Assembly (NCBI RefSeq): GCF_009914755.1
Contig: NC_060929.1
DNA length: 64,000 nt
Origin: the human T2T-CHM13v2.0 reference genome, Homo sapiens
Direction: 5' to 3' (one strand)
Shown here: piece by piece, positions 29,000-41,960 of the stretch
How the letters are laid out: each line of letters starts with the position of its first letter
Position numbering within the stretch: position 1 is the stretch's first letter
Program-made: the position numbers and the translations under genes
Notes under the pieces: generated by a model
Told to the model about the DNA's origin: nothing
Database searches by the model: none
Seen by the model: only the letters and a program-made list of their open reading frames with translations

Positions 29000-29441
29000 T
29001 TGGGTCCACCATTTTCCTCCTCACTCATTCTCAACAGTCATGCAGACCTTCCTGCTCTTTCTCCTACTTGTGGCATTCACTCCTCACCCACTGACACCCA
29101 CTTAGACATTCTCTTTTCCTAAACGGTTCTTTCTAGTCTTCATGAGGCACACACTCTCAGTTAGATTTCTGCTCAAATATTGCCTCCTTGGAGAGTCCTT
29201 CTCTGACCTTCCTATGTCACAGGAGACTGCACCAGCACTCTTATATTCTCTCTCTATCCTTTCATTCAGTTCTACTTATTTTTTGTGTAGTATAATATAG
29301 TATAGTATAAGTGTAGGTGTTTACATGTTTATCATCTGTCTCCTCATAAAATGAGGATTTGGCCTTGTTCTCTGATGTGTCCTTAGCACCAAGGGCAGTA
29401 CCTATTGCATAGTAGACACTTAGTAAATATTCAAAGAATAA
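29000..29441 (+). mobile_element. L2 3' end
   Basis: CTCAAATATTGCCTCC...CCTATTGCATAGTAGACACTTAGTAAATATT...GAATAAA, a typical L2 terminus. Confidence 0.75.
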
Positions 29442-29908
29442 ACCTCACATCTGGCTGTGGGAGTAGACCTGGGAGGTTTTAAGACTCCCATTTAATAGAT
29501 TGGGAAACCACATTGTAAAATAGGGCATCTGCTTAAAACATCCTGTGATTTGGTGGTGATTTTTGTCTTATTCCCCTGTCACTGTGTCTACTTGCCTTGC
29601 ATTTGTACTAGACGTCAGCACTGTGCTTCCTCCATCCCAACACACTCTATAACATCCTGCTCTGATTAATAAATTGCAATCAATTGCAGTGCCTAATTAT
29701 CTCCTTAGGAGGTCTGCAAAGAAGGTAATAGATGGAGCATACTTACCACTCAGCATGGGAGGGTAACTATGCCTGGGTAACCCAGAAAAAAATGCTTCAA
29801 GGAGAAAAAAATAAGAGAGCAAATGAAAAGTTGTTCTAAGTAAAAGTAATTAAAATGTGTTTGCTACTTCACAACATCAAGTTTAGTAAAAGTTGGATTG
29901 ATGTCTAC

Positions 29909-30105
29909 AGTGCTTAAAGCGTATTTACCCAAGTGTGTTCAGTAGCTCACCCAATTCAAAGATACCCAAGGTGCTTGATAAAAATGCAAGTGCCCAGGAC
30001 TCCAGCTTGATGGAATCAGAGTCTCTGAGGGTGTAGTCCAGAAATCTGCATCTTTACTAACTTCATGATGTTTTCTGATGCACATTAGCATTTGGAATAA
30101 AACTG
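29909..30105. mobile_element. MER5-type hAT-Charlie element
   Basis: GAATCAGAGTCTCTGAGGG...AATCTGCATCTTTA...TTCTGATGCAC core. Confidence 0.65.
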
Positions 30106-30171
30106 ATCAAAAGCTTATTCAGTTTTATGCTGCTTTTTAAAAAGTTCTATGCTTTAAAGTAGGTATGCTTT

Positions 30172-30420
30172 CCTTTATTTATCAACAGACACTTCCTGAG
30201 TGTCTACTACGTGAGACACGCTATGCTGAGGACTTGGATACAGAGATGAATAAGATATGAGCTTTATGGAGTAAAGGTCCTCTGTCTTTTGAAATCACTG
30301 ATTTCAGAGAGAAAAGATGGCACAGTACAGGGGAGGGATCCCATCCTGTGGCCTGGGCTCTGCATGAGAAGGCTGGGGTCAGGCAGTTTGAAGAGTTGTC
30401 ATGTGGAATCGACAGAAGCC
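30172..30420 (-). mobile_element. L2 3' fragment
   Basis: TTTATCAACAGACACTTCCTGAGTGTCTACTACGTG...GATACAGAGATGAATAAGA. Confidence 0.65.
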
Positions 30421-30829
30421 ACCTTCTATGTGAAGAAGTGGACAGAATTAGGCCAATGTGTGCCTGTCTCAGGAAAGTTAATTTGGGCTCCATGTGGAGA
30501 AAAATTTTCCCGAGATCAGAGCTGCCCAGTCAGGGAGCAAGTGGCCCCATCACTGACATGATCCAAGTGGGTATTCAAAGAACCATCTTCTTGAGATTTT
30601 GAAAAGGGAGTCCCACAGTCAGTGGGAGGTGGCATTTCTTTGATTCTGGCTTCCTGGTGACTCTGAGATTCACTGATTCACCAAAAATACTGTAGTAAAT
30701 GATATTCCAAAATCAGCATTTTGATTTATAGCTCTAAATTTTTTTCCACCTAGACTCTGAAAGGGGCACATGGCAATAAAGACAGACTTAGCATTCTTAG
30801 AGACTAGAAGAAAAAGAAAGGTACTAAGA

Positions 30830-30990
30830 TGGATGGCTAAGATTTCTTGCATGCTTACTGTGTGCTAGCTCTTACGTGAAGCATCTTTCATGCATCACTT
30901 TATTTTGTTTTCAGAGCAATGCTACAAGATGAGTACCATGATTATTTTCATTTTACAGATAGACACAATGAGATTTTAACCCAGAGAATA
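30830..30990 (-). mobile_element. MIR fragment
   Basis: GCTTACTGTGTGCTAG...CATTTTACAGATAG core. Confidence 0.6.
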
Positions 30991-31499
30991 GAGTACCATC
31001 TTGGAATAGGTTGGTTTTGCAGATTTTGAGATGTTAAGAAAATCTCATGTGATTATTTGACTCTTTCCCTGGTTAATATCTACTCACCTCTAGAATCTGT
31101 CTTCAATGTCAGTTCCTTGGGACCAACTTCTCTATTCCCCCTGGATTAAACCAGATCTCCTGATAATCTGCTCTCACAGTGTCCTGTAACTCTTCTTAGC
31201 TATTAGTTATTATTCTATTGCTATGAACTATTATAAAGGTAGAAAATAGTTTAAAATCCATTTAACAGAGATTCAATTTATTCTTTAAAATTGTAACTCA
31301 TATAATCATATCAGGGCATCATGATTGCTGAAACTTAAATGACCCTGGAGGATTGCTCCGCCTGGAAGAGAAATACAGGGTTTCATTTTTAGTATAGCCT
31401 GCATTTGTCACACACAAGTTTCAAGGGTTATTGGCACCAGAGTTAGGGGCTCCAGCTTGCTATACCAAGTCTTCCTAGAGGACTCTCTACTGACTCTTC

Positions 31500-32145
31500 T
31501 TCCTCCTTCTCCATGCCTCATTCACCATTCCATAAGTGGTCAGCTATGCTGAACTACTCATAGTTCTCTCAGGAGCCTGCTGTTTCCTCTCTATCATTTT
31601 CCTGACCCTGTTACCTCCACCTGGCATTTCTGTATCCCGCCTCTCTGCTTGGATCCCTTTCAAGGCATCTTTATTTATTTATTTTTTTTTTTCTGAGAAC
31701 TCACCCCCTGCTTCATTTAGCCCATACCGTATACCTCACATAGAATTCTGTAGTTACACCTGCCACACTTGATTTCACTTAATCTTCCTTCTACTACATC
31801 AGGGATCAGCAAACTTTCTGTAAAGCCTCAGTAAATATTTTTGGCTTTGCGAGCCACACAGTTTTTGTCAAAACTATGCAACTCTACTGTTGTAACACAA
31901 AAATAGCCATAGATAGTATGTAAAAAAATGGGCATGGCTGTGTTCCAGTACAACTTGATTTAGCAAAATAGGTACTGGGTCAAATTTGGCCCACAGTCCA
32001 CAGTTTTTTTTTTTTTCCTTAACTCTGTTCTAGATTACAGACTCCTTCAAGACATCAAATTTGTTTTATTTATCTATTTCTACCAGATAGAACCTGATAC
32101 CCAGCACAGGATAGGTGTTTAGAAGATGTTTTTTGGCTGAATATG
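31500..32145 (+). mobile_element. L2 fragment interrupted by MER58A
   Basis: Pyrimidine-rich L2 3' sequence resumes at about 32028 (CTAGATTACAGACTCCTTCAAG...GCTGAAT). Confidence 0.55.
31800..32027 (+). mobile_element. MER58A (hAT-Charlie)
   Basis: CAGGGATCAGCAAACTTTCTGTAAAG...GGCATGGCTGTGTTCCAGT...AACTCTG. Confidence 0.85.
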
Positions 32146-33329
32146 TGATTCCAATCCTAAGATAAACTATGTCATGAGCTGAGACAATTCCCTTCCAACT
32201 CTAATATTCTAAAACCACTCTTTACATTTTGAGCTTCCATTTCGTCATCCAGTTACCCTGCACCACTCACAGAGTTTTGAAGGGGATCAAAGTGACACTG
32301 CCCTTGGATGTGGACTTCTATGAAGCAAAGGACACACGTGAGAGACTTTGTCTTCTATCAAGTGCTGTTGGACCTATAGCCAGTGAGGTCTTCACCAAAA
32401 CTGAGTGGACCAGGAACATGTAAATGTGAGGTCTGGTTTGGTAAGTGTAACAAAACAAAACAACAACAAAAAAACTCCTTTGTATGTGACAAAGAAATAT
32501 GCAAGGAACAATTAATCAAACAGAGGAGGCAAGGGAATCATCTGCACCTAGCAGCTGCACTTTCTTGCCATTACTTGACCTCTTCTGGTGCTGAAGTTGT
32601 CCCACTGCCTTAAAGCCATCTTATCTGGTTCTCAGGCTGTGGTGGCAGGCTGATTTGTACACCCATGTGCCAGTGCTGATTGATTCTCAGGGGCTGCCTA
32701 ATGCTGAGGCTTCTCAGACTACGTCCAGTCTCAGTGAGGAGTTTTACATGAGCAAGTATTGCCCAGGGGAACTATGCATTTTAGGGGCAGGCATATCATA
32801 GACCCAGCTGCCTCGAGGACCTGAGCATGTCCACTGCACTGGGGAGCTAAGGAAAATGTGTAGGTCTTTCACACGTAGGGAAAGGAATACAAGAGAATCC
32901 GGAAAGTGAAGTGAGATGATGGTTCACTCTACCCTGAACCATTTCACAATTTTATTTAGATTCAGACCAGGAAAAATGACAGAATCTGTCATCTCTTCTT
33001 TCTTCCTTTCCTCTGAAGAGCCCAAATACTATCTAATATTATTACTATATTTGATTGCTCATAATGTGGGTCAATTATGCTCCAGTCGGCTATTCTGGAA
33101 ATCTTTCTCCATTGAGAAGATTGCCCTTATTAGGAAATTAATTACAAGTTTTTCCCAATTGATTTATAAACTTGTGAGCAAACTCATAGGTCAGTTTTAC
33201 CTTGTTTGGCTTCTGTCTGATAGGTTTTTTTGTTTTGCTTTCTTGCTCTTGTGAACACTCTGACTCCAGCCCATCTGTCTGCCTGTGACTCTGTCCAGCC
33301 TTGCTTTAACTGTGGCTCTGAACACTTGC

Positions 33330-33490
33330 TGTGCCAAAGAATCACAAGGTGAGCTTTTAAGATGGTTTGATGATTGGAACCCCACTAATGGAGCCTGTAG
33401 TTTTCTTGGTATAGGCAGAACCTGGACATGAGTGTTTTTTAAAAGCCCCCAGAGAAGATTCTAATTTTTTTGTTGAAGTTGAACACCGTC
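33330..33490. mobile_element. MER5-type fragment
   Basis: AGAATCAC...GAGCTTTTAA...TTTTAAAAGCCCCCAGAGAAGATTCTAAT...AAGTTGAACACC. Confidence 0.5.
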
Positions 33491-33494
33491 GTTA

Positions 33495-33735
33495 GAACTT
33501 AGGCCTCTGGAACAGACAGGAATAGTTTTAACTTCCCCAGTTATGGTGTGACTATGGAAAAGTGGTATAACTTATCTGTTCCTTACTTATTTCACCTTGT
33601 TTAGTGGGTCTAATAATAGTACCATCCTCACAGGGTTATCGTTATGAAGAACAAGTAAGATGACATGTAAAAAGCACTTAGAACAGAGTCTAGCTCGTGT
33701 TAAGTGTGCAATAAATATCACCTATTTGGCTACTG
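33495..33735 (+). mobile_element. MIR
   Basis: GGCCTCTGGAACAGACAG...ATAATAGTACCATCCTCACAGGGTT...TGTAAAAAGCACTTAGAACAG...CAATAAAT. Confidence 0.8.
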
Positions 33736-33773
33736 CATGTTTTGTTTTTATTGCAGTTGTTCTTTTTGTTGTT

Positions 33774-33804
<31 letters not shown>
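33774..33804. repeat. (GAT)~10 microsatellite
   Basis: Direct read. Confidence 0.95.
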
Positions 33805-33805
<1 letters not shown>

Positions 33806-34145
33806 CATTACTACCAGCCTGATATACAAAATTTACTTCATTTGCTTTCTCCTATACACTTTTGGATATTTCCAGGCACAGCAGCAAGCTAGTTTTCCAT
33901 TTTTTGCTTTTTTATTTTATACCAGGCTATGTAAATACACAGGAAACAGAGTCTAGAACTAGAGTCAGGAGACCTAGGCTCTAGAACTCAGGTCTGTCAT
34001 ATACTAGTTATGTGATCTCCAGAAGTTATCTAGTTTTCTCAGTTGAAAATAGAAAACTATGACTCCCTCAAGGGGGAAAAGTTTATAGTTTTCATGCATG
34101 CTGTTCCATTAGCCTGGAATGTCTTTCTTCTTGATTCCACTTCTA

Positions 34146-34507
<362 letters not shown>

Positions 34508-34714
34508 TCAGTTTACTTTTATGTTTCCATAGCATATTATTAGTACTTCTTTTGGCACCCTTATTTTTATTTTGTCTTGAATTATAACTTATTTCTCCTC
34601 TCTCTTACTATGAAATCTTTGAAGGTAAAGAGTACTTTTTTTTCTGTTTTGTTTTTCAATTTGTATCCTGATGTTTTCTGGAATAGAAGCTGGCATATTA
34701 TGTTAGTAAACTAT

Positions 34715-35110
34715 AGCTGCCTGCCAAATGACCTCAAAATTTCAGAGGCAGAAAAAATAAGTATTAATTTCTTGATCATGCTCTGCTGTTCAGCTGGGGA
34801 AGCCCTGCTTCAGGCTGCAGGTTTGTGAGTTGGCTGGGGTTGCTTTGTGTCTCTCATCCTTCTCTGGAACAGGTGGTTAGTTGAGGCACGTTTTTCTCAT
34901 GACTATGGCAGAAGTATGAGAGAACAAGCTCAATTATGCATGTCCATTTAAATCTGTTGCTCATATTTTGTCTGTTAATAATATACCGTTGGGCAAAACA
35001 AGTCCCATGGTCAAAGTCAGCACTTATAAGAGGAAATGAAAAGTTACATAGCAGCAATTGTGGATACTGGAAGGGATGAAAAATTGTAATCAATAATTCA
35101 CTGTAGCACA
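34715..35110 (-). mobile_element. Old MLT1-family MaLR LTR fragment
   Basis: TTTTTCTCATGACTATGGCAGAAG...TTGGGCAAAACAAGTCCCATGGTCAAAG resembles reverse MLT1J/K/L. Confidence 0.6.
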
Positions 35111-35624
35111 TGTAATGGGATTGAGGAAAAATGCAAAAAAAAAAAGAGACAAATAAGCATTTCTGTCTAATAAAACACATTTTCGTGGTAGGGAAACATT
35201 TCTCAGAATGTTTATTATGGGACACTAATTCCAGCAGACATGGCTAGGTGTTTTACAATACAAGAAGGAATATTAAGATTTTATAGTAGAATAAACATGG
35301 GAAATGCCAAGTTACACTTAAATGGTTTCTGTTTTGTTAACTGAGGCAAGTTTAGAACTTTTAATTGGTTAACTTGTATGTATATGCTAAAAACAATACA
35401 GTAGACGGACTCACCAAACCTTCATGAGCATGAAACCCTCTTTTTAGGATCCTGAGCAACTCTCCTCTTGTTGGACTAGTGTTCTGTAGGACCCATTTCA
35501 GGACATATTGTGTGAAATGATGAAACAGTTTTGATGGTCTCTCTTAGAAGTGTTACTTCGGGGATTTGAAGAAGGATTAAGTTAGCGAGGGCAGAAGAAT
35601 GAGCAATTAGGAAGCTAAATGAAG

Positions 35625-36346
35625 AATTTTTGTGTATGATATAAGATAAAGGCCCACATTCATTCTTTTGCATATAGATATCAAGTTTTCCTAGCACCAT
35701 TTGTGGAAGAGTATTCTTGCACCCTTTGTGGAAGAGTATTCTTTCCCCATTGTGTATTCTTAAAGAACCCTTGTCAAAGATCAGTTGACTGTATAGGCAT
35801 GGGTTTATTTTTCTGCTTTTTATTTCGTTGATCTATGCATCTTTTATATGCCAGTACCAGACTGTTTTAATTACTATAGCTTTGTAATATACTTTGAAAT
35901 AAGGATGTGTAAAACCTCCAGCTTTGTTCATTCTTTATATAGCTTTGGCTATTCGTTGTCTTTTGTAATTCCAAATGAATTTTAGAATTGTTTTCTCTAT
36001 TTCTGTAAAAAATGGCCTTGAGATTTTGAAAAGGATTGCATTGAATGTATAGATTGCTTTGGGTAGTATGGACATTTTAACAATAAAGAGTCTTCTAATC
36101 TATAAATATGAGATGTTTTATCACTTATTTTTGTCTCATTTCTTTCATCAATGATTTGTAGTTCTCAATGAACAAATCTTTCACTTCCTTGGTTAAGTTT
36201 ATTCCTAACTATTTTTTAATATACTACTGTAATTGCAATGTCTTCTTAATTTCCTTTTCATATTTTTTGTTAGTATATAGAAATGCAACTGATTTTTATG
36301 TCGATTTTGCATCCTGCAACTTTATTGTATTATTTTTAGTTCTAAC

Positions 36347-36389
<43 letters not shown>

Positions 36390-37787
36390 CTTAGTCTTTA
36401 GGATTTTCTACATATAGAATCATATCATCAACAAATAGTTTTAGTCCTTCTTTTCTGATTCAGATGAATTTCTCTGTGTTTCTTGCCTAATTGCTCTGGG
36501 TAGGGCTTCCAGTACTATGTTGAATAGAAGTGATGAGAGTGGGCATCCTTGCCTTGTTTTTAATCTTAGAGGAAAAGCTTTCAGTTTTTCACCTTGAGTA
36601 AAATGGATTAAAAATTGTAATGTAAAATCTGAAACTTTAAAACTCCTAAAAGAAGACATATGGGAAAAGCTTCATGACATTGAGCATGCCAATGATTTCA
36701 TGAATATGACACCAGCAGCATAAGCAACAAAACAAAATTATACAAGTGAGACTATCAAACTAAAAGGTTCTACATAGCAAAGAGAGCAATTAGCAGAGTG
36801 AAAAGGCAACCTACAGAATGAGAGAAAATATTTGAAAACTATCTGATGAGGAATTAATATCCAAAATATAGAAGTAACTCTCACAACAGCAAGAAAACAA
36901 AACAAAAACTAATTAAAAAGTGAGCAAAGGACTTAAATAGACATTTCTCCAAAAAAGACATATAAATGGCTACAGATACATGAAAAGATGCTCAGTGTCA
37001 CTTATCACTCAGGAACTGCTAATCAAAACCACAATGAGACATCCCTTCACACCTATTTGAATGGTTATTTTCAAAGAAAAGATAGTCTTAGCAAAAGTGT
37101 ATAGAAAATAGAGTAATTGTACACTGTTGGTGGGAATGTAAAATGTTGCAGTAACTACATAAAAACAGTATGAGGTGCCTCAAAAAAATAAAAAATGGAA
37201 TTACCAATGATCCAGCTATCTCATTTCTGAGTATATCTCCAAAAGAATGAAAATCAGGATCTCGAAGTGATACATAGGTACTACCATGTTAATTGTAGCA
37301 TTATTCACAATAGCTAATATATGGAAACAAGCTAAATGTCCACTGACAGGTGAATAGATAAAAATATTTATAATAAAATAAATAAAATGTTTATATATAT
37401 ATATATATATACAGTGAAATATTATTAATCCTTAAAAAAGAAGACCCTGCCAAGAGACAATATGGATAAACCTTGAGGACATTATGCTAAGGAAAAGAAG
37501 TCAGTCATAAAAGGACAAATACTGCATGATTTCACTTATATGAGGTATCTAAAATAGCCAAAACTCAGAATCAGACAGCCAAACTCAGAATCAGAATCAG
37601 AGAGTAGGATGGTGGTTGTCAAGGATTGAGGGTGGAGGAAAATGGGGAGTTTCTGTTAAAGAGGTATACAATTTCAGTTGAGCAAGATGAGTAAGTTCTA
37701 GGGATCAGCTATACAAGAGTGTGCCTATAGTTAACAACATGTACATTTAGAATTTTTTTAAGTGGGTAGATTAAAAAAATAATAAAA
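35625..37787 (+). mobile_element. 5'-inverted L1MA (about MA8-MA10): antisense 35625-36595, sense 36596-37787
   Basis: Junction TCAGTTTTTCACCTTGAG|TAAAATGGATTAAAA. The outer end of the inverted piece (TACACAAAAAT) is adjacent in L1 to the start of the sense piece, the twin-priming geometry. L1MA-type 3'UTR. Confidence 0.85.
36349..36386. repeat. (GT)~19 microsatellite
   Basis: Direct read. Confidence 0.95.
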
Positions 37788-37789
37788 TA

Positions 37790-38754
37790 CAGCAGTCCCC
37801 CTTTATCTGTGGTTTTGCTTTCTGCAGTTTAAGTTAAGCAGAGTTCAGTATGAGATATTTTGAGAGAGAGAGAGAGAGAGAGACCACATTCGCATAGCTT
37901 TTATTACAGTATACTGTTACAATGGTTCTATTTTACTATTTTTGTTTTTAATATGTTACCATGCATAATTTATAAATTAAACTTTATTATATGTATACAT
38001 GTATAGGAAAAAAACATAATATTTATAGGATTTGGTACTATCTGTGGTTTCAGGCATCCACTGGAGGTCTTGGAGCATGTGATGGTTAATACTGAGTGTC
38101 TACTTGACTGAATTGAAGGTTGCAATATTGATCCTGGTGTGTGTCTTTGAGGGTGTTGCCAAAGGAGATTAACATTTGAGTCAGTGGGCTGGGGAAGGCA
38201 GACCCACCCTTAATTGGGTGGGCACCATCTAATCAGCTGCCAGATAATACAAAGCAGACAGAAAATGTGAAGCGATGAGATGGGCCTAGCCTCCCAGCCT
38301 ACATCTTTCTCCTGCGCTGGATGCTTCCTGACCTCAAACACTGGACTCCAAGTTCTTCAGTTTTGATACTTGGACTGGCTCTCCTTGCTCCTCAGCTTGC
38401 AGACAGACTATTGTGGGACCTTGTGATTGTATAAGTTAATACTTAATAAACTCCTCTCTCTCTCTCCATATATATAATATCTATATCTATATATCCATAT
38501 ATATATACACACTTACTAAACTCCTCTCTCTCTATATATACACACACATATATATACACATGCATATACATATACACACACTTGTATATATACACATATA
38601 TGTGTGTATATATGTACATGTATGTGTGTGTGTGTGTGTATATATATATATACACACACACACACACATACACATATATCCTATTAGTTCTGTCCCTCTA
38701 AGAGAACCCTGCCTAACACACAGCATATCCCTCATGAATAAAGGGGGAATACTG
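37790..38754 (+). mobile_element. MER44A (TcMar-Tigger) interrupted by an MLT2A1 solo LTR
   Basis: TA|CAGCAGTCCCCCTTTATC ... GAATAAAGGGGGAATACTG|TA terminal inverted repeats with a TA TSD. Internal GAGAGAGACCACATTC. Confidence 0.9.
38078..38720 (+). mobile_element. MLT2A1 solo LTR with an expanded internal microsatellite
   Basis: TGTGATGGTTAATACTGAG...AGAGAACCCTGCCTAACACA. TSD GAGCA / CAGCA. (CT)/(TA)/(CA) array at 38452-38678. Confidence 0.92.
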
Positions 38755-39698
38755 TAAATAAAAAACAGCTAAAAGGCAATTATAATAAATGTATTTCTAG
38801 CAATGTTAAGACAATTGTTTTAAGATAAAAACTCAATTCTGAGATAGAGCATGAAAAGAGTTGAGTAAATAGTCCACCTGATGATAGAAGGTACATACAG
38901 TGAAGCAACTTTTAAAAAGAAACATGCTCTTGGGGAGCTCAAATGACAAATTTTAGAAATTGAGAATTCTATGAATGCCTTTCATGCTAGAAGTCACTAT
39001 ACTGTCATATTGGAGCCCGGTTGATGGATCAGAGAATTATGACTTTGAATTAAAATTGCATGAAATTAAATATGATGAGATTGGCCTGTCTGGAGAATCT
39101 CCATCCTCTGAGGTGCAGTGCCTCAGGCTGCAAAGCTGAAGATGATTTTCAGGCTCAGAGGGAGTAGATTAGCAGCTCATGAAGCTCTGCAATCAGTGTC
39201 CATCTTCCCTCTCCGTCCTTTGTCCTCTGCTTTTCAACTTCTTCACTGAACTCTAATCTTGCAAACATGGAGTCATAACTCACTGGGCTCTGTTGACAAA
39301 TAGCTGATTCATTGATTAGATGGATGGAACTGATAGAAGGCAGGCTATTGTTGTGAGCGGAATGAAGAGTATAGATAAGTACAGAGAGGGAGGGAACTAG
39401 GACAAAAGACGCAAAACCAATCTTGCAGAGTAGTAGAGCTCATTCTGTACCTACAGGGACCAGGTTGCAGGGAAATTTATTTAGATGTGTTTGCAAACCA
39501 GGAAGAAATTATCATCTGAGATGAAAGATAGGAGTGAGATCCACAAAATTTGAAGAGGCACAAAGAATATTAATCTCTTTTTGACAGTTTTGAAAAGAAA
39601 TACATATTTAATGTCTTTTGTCTCCTCATCACTGTTACAAGTTTTTAGAATGAAGTGTTGATGCTCCCTTTCAAGAACTAAAATAATAAAGATACCTT

Positions 39699-40012
<314 letters not shown>

Positions 40013-40532
40013 TTATATTAGAGGTAATCAGCTCACATGCCAGAGAGTCTAGGTAGATGATGATAATAGGTGGTGCTGAGCAGGGATAAATTGGGGAGGG
40101 AGAGGATAGTGATGAGTGGATCACAAGACATGTGCCACATTGAAAGCATTGAAAGCTGGGAGCAAGTACTCATCTTTGGGAATTTCATCCTTGCAGGATT
40201 GGGGACTTAGAGTTGCCAGATGTTCTTATTTTCAAGAAAGCCTACAACTACACATTTTGCCTGTAAATTATACCCTTTGGGCCAAAGCTATGAGGGTATG
40301 GTCCACATAGCACTCAGGAGTCTGTGAATTCTGTTCCACAGGACTACAGTGAGGTGGGACTGGGAATGCTGGAGTCAGCGTTAGAGTGGATATATGGATG
40401 TGTGTGACCTGAAGATTACTTACAAACTGACTTGCAATTTCCTTATCAATAAGTTGGGGTTTTATAATACCTACCTATAATAATATAATACCAACGTCAT
40501 AGGTTTAAATGGCGTAATATGGTTGAAGTCAC

Positions 40533-40970
40533 TGTAGCAGGGACAGTTAACTGCCCACTAACATTTTGTTGTCCTTTCTTGATATAGAGTCATTTTTGAG
40601 AGGTGACTGTTCAGCTTCAACTACATTTCCTAGCTCTCCCTTACAATAAGCTGTACCCATGTGAGTGAGTAGTTTTCATTATTGGGCTGAGAACAAAGTG
40701 ATTTATATGTCACTTTTAGACCAATATTTCCCAGAAGCAGGGGTGCCTCTTCATCCTCTCTTTGTCAGTGGAATATATGTGATGATGAGGGTGACCAAAC
40801 CACAAGACAGAAGGATCCTGGGTCTCAGAATCACCACATGTATGGAAGCTAGCTGCCAACCAGGAACATCCACTTGCATTGTTAGATAAGTGACAAATTA
40901 ATGTCTGTTTTGTTTGAATCATCACACACTTTGAGATCAATTTGATGCTGTCCTGTCCCAACCTAATAAC
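40533..40970 (+). mobile_element. MLT1 (I/J-like) LTR inserted in a MIR
   Basis: TGTAGCAGG start, CTACATTTCCTAGCTCTCCCTT, GGATCCTGGGTCTC, ends CTAATAACA. MIR sequence at about 40340-40530. Confidence 0.65.
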
Positions 40971-41089
40971 ACAACTCTTGACACATGAAAGGTGCTATGT
41001 GAGTGTTAGTTCCTTTCTCTAGAATTATGTTCATAATTATACACTGTTATCTTTTCTTCTATATCTACTGCGTGTGTAGCACTCTCACA

Positions 41090-41345
41090 TACTTATTATG
41101 TGTATACCTATGATATGTGCAGAACTATGGTGAGGAATGACACTTTGCCTGCACTGTGTCATTCCACACCACCACAGTTCTGCAAGGTAAATATTATCAC
41201 TTTCATTTTATAATTGCACAATCAGCTACTCTGAGAAGTGAAGTTATGCATCCAAGGTGACCCGGCTGGTAAGTGGTGGAGATACAATGTGAACTATGTC
41301 CATCTAATTCCACACCTAGGCTCTTTCTAGTAAACCACACTATCT
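41090..41345 (-). mobile_element. MIR
   Basis: AAGGTAAATATTATCACTTTCATTTTATA...TCCAAGGTGACCCGGCTGGTAAGTGGTGGAG. Confidence 0.75.
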
Positions 41346-41754
41346 TCCTATCCTGGCCCTAGGGCTAAATGAAGTATAGTGGGAGAAAGATTTCACATGG
41401 CCCTGGATACTATGATAGATGCTTTTAGTCTTTATCTCTTTTAAATTAATAGAGCATAGAGCGCTTCAGGAAACTTTTCAATACTTTAGAATGATTTTTG
41501 TGACTTCCTACTGAAACTTAAAAACTATTTTTGCTTATCTAAATTGGATAAAGGATGTGATTTTCCAAAGAAACTTCACACTGAATTATTCTATGACAAT
41601 AGTATCAGACTGGATTGCTCAGCTGCATTTATGATAAGTGAATGAAAAATAATTTTCAAAGCGCAAGAGACAGTATGGTCTAATCTCAAATTTATCTTTG
41701 TATCCCTAGGGCCTACGCAGTCCCTAGCATACAATAGACACCCAAATATGGTTT

Positions 41755-41960
41755 GGAAGGAAGGAGGGAAGGGTGAAAGGGAGGGCAGAAAGAAAGTAGA
41801 AAGGGAAGGTGAGAGGGATGGAGGAAGAGGGGAAAGGAAAGAGGGCATGAGAATGACAAGAAGAGGGGAGGATCAGAAGGAGAGGAGGGATCAGAAAGAG
41901 ACTAGGAAAGGAGAGAAGAGGGAACAGAAGTAGAGAGAGAGGGAATAAGGGGAGAGAGAG
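41755..41960. repeat. GA-rich low-complexity tract following an L2 terminus
   Basis: Degenerate (GGAA/GGGA)n tract after CCTAGCATACAATAGACACCCAAAT. Confidence 0.7.

Noticed and set aside
33660-33956. Poly-Met / poly-Asp ORFs
   Set aside because: Produced by the (GAT)n microsatellite next to a MIR.
35130-35470. Possible old DNA-transposon fragments (also about 53320-54100)
   Set aside because: Resemblance too weak to name a family or ends without an HMM search.
38443-38757. Tyr/Val/Ile/His-rich ORFs (also at 43337-43697 and 48348-48693)
   Set aside because: Translations of (TA)/(CA)/(GA) simple repeats.
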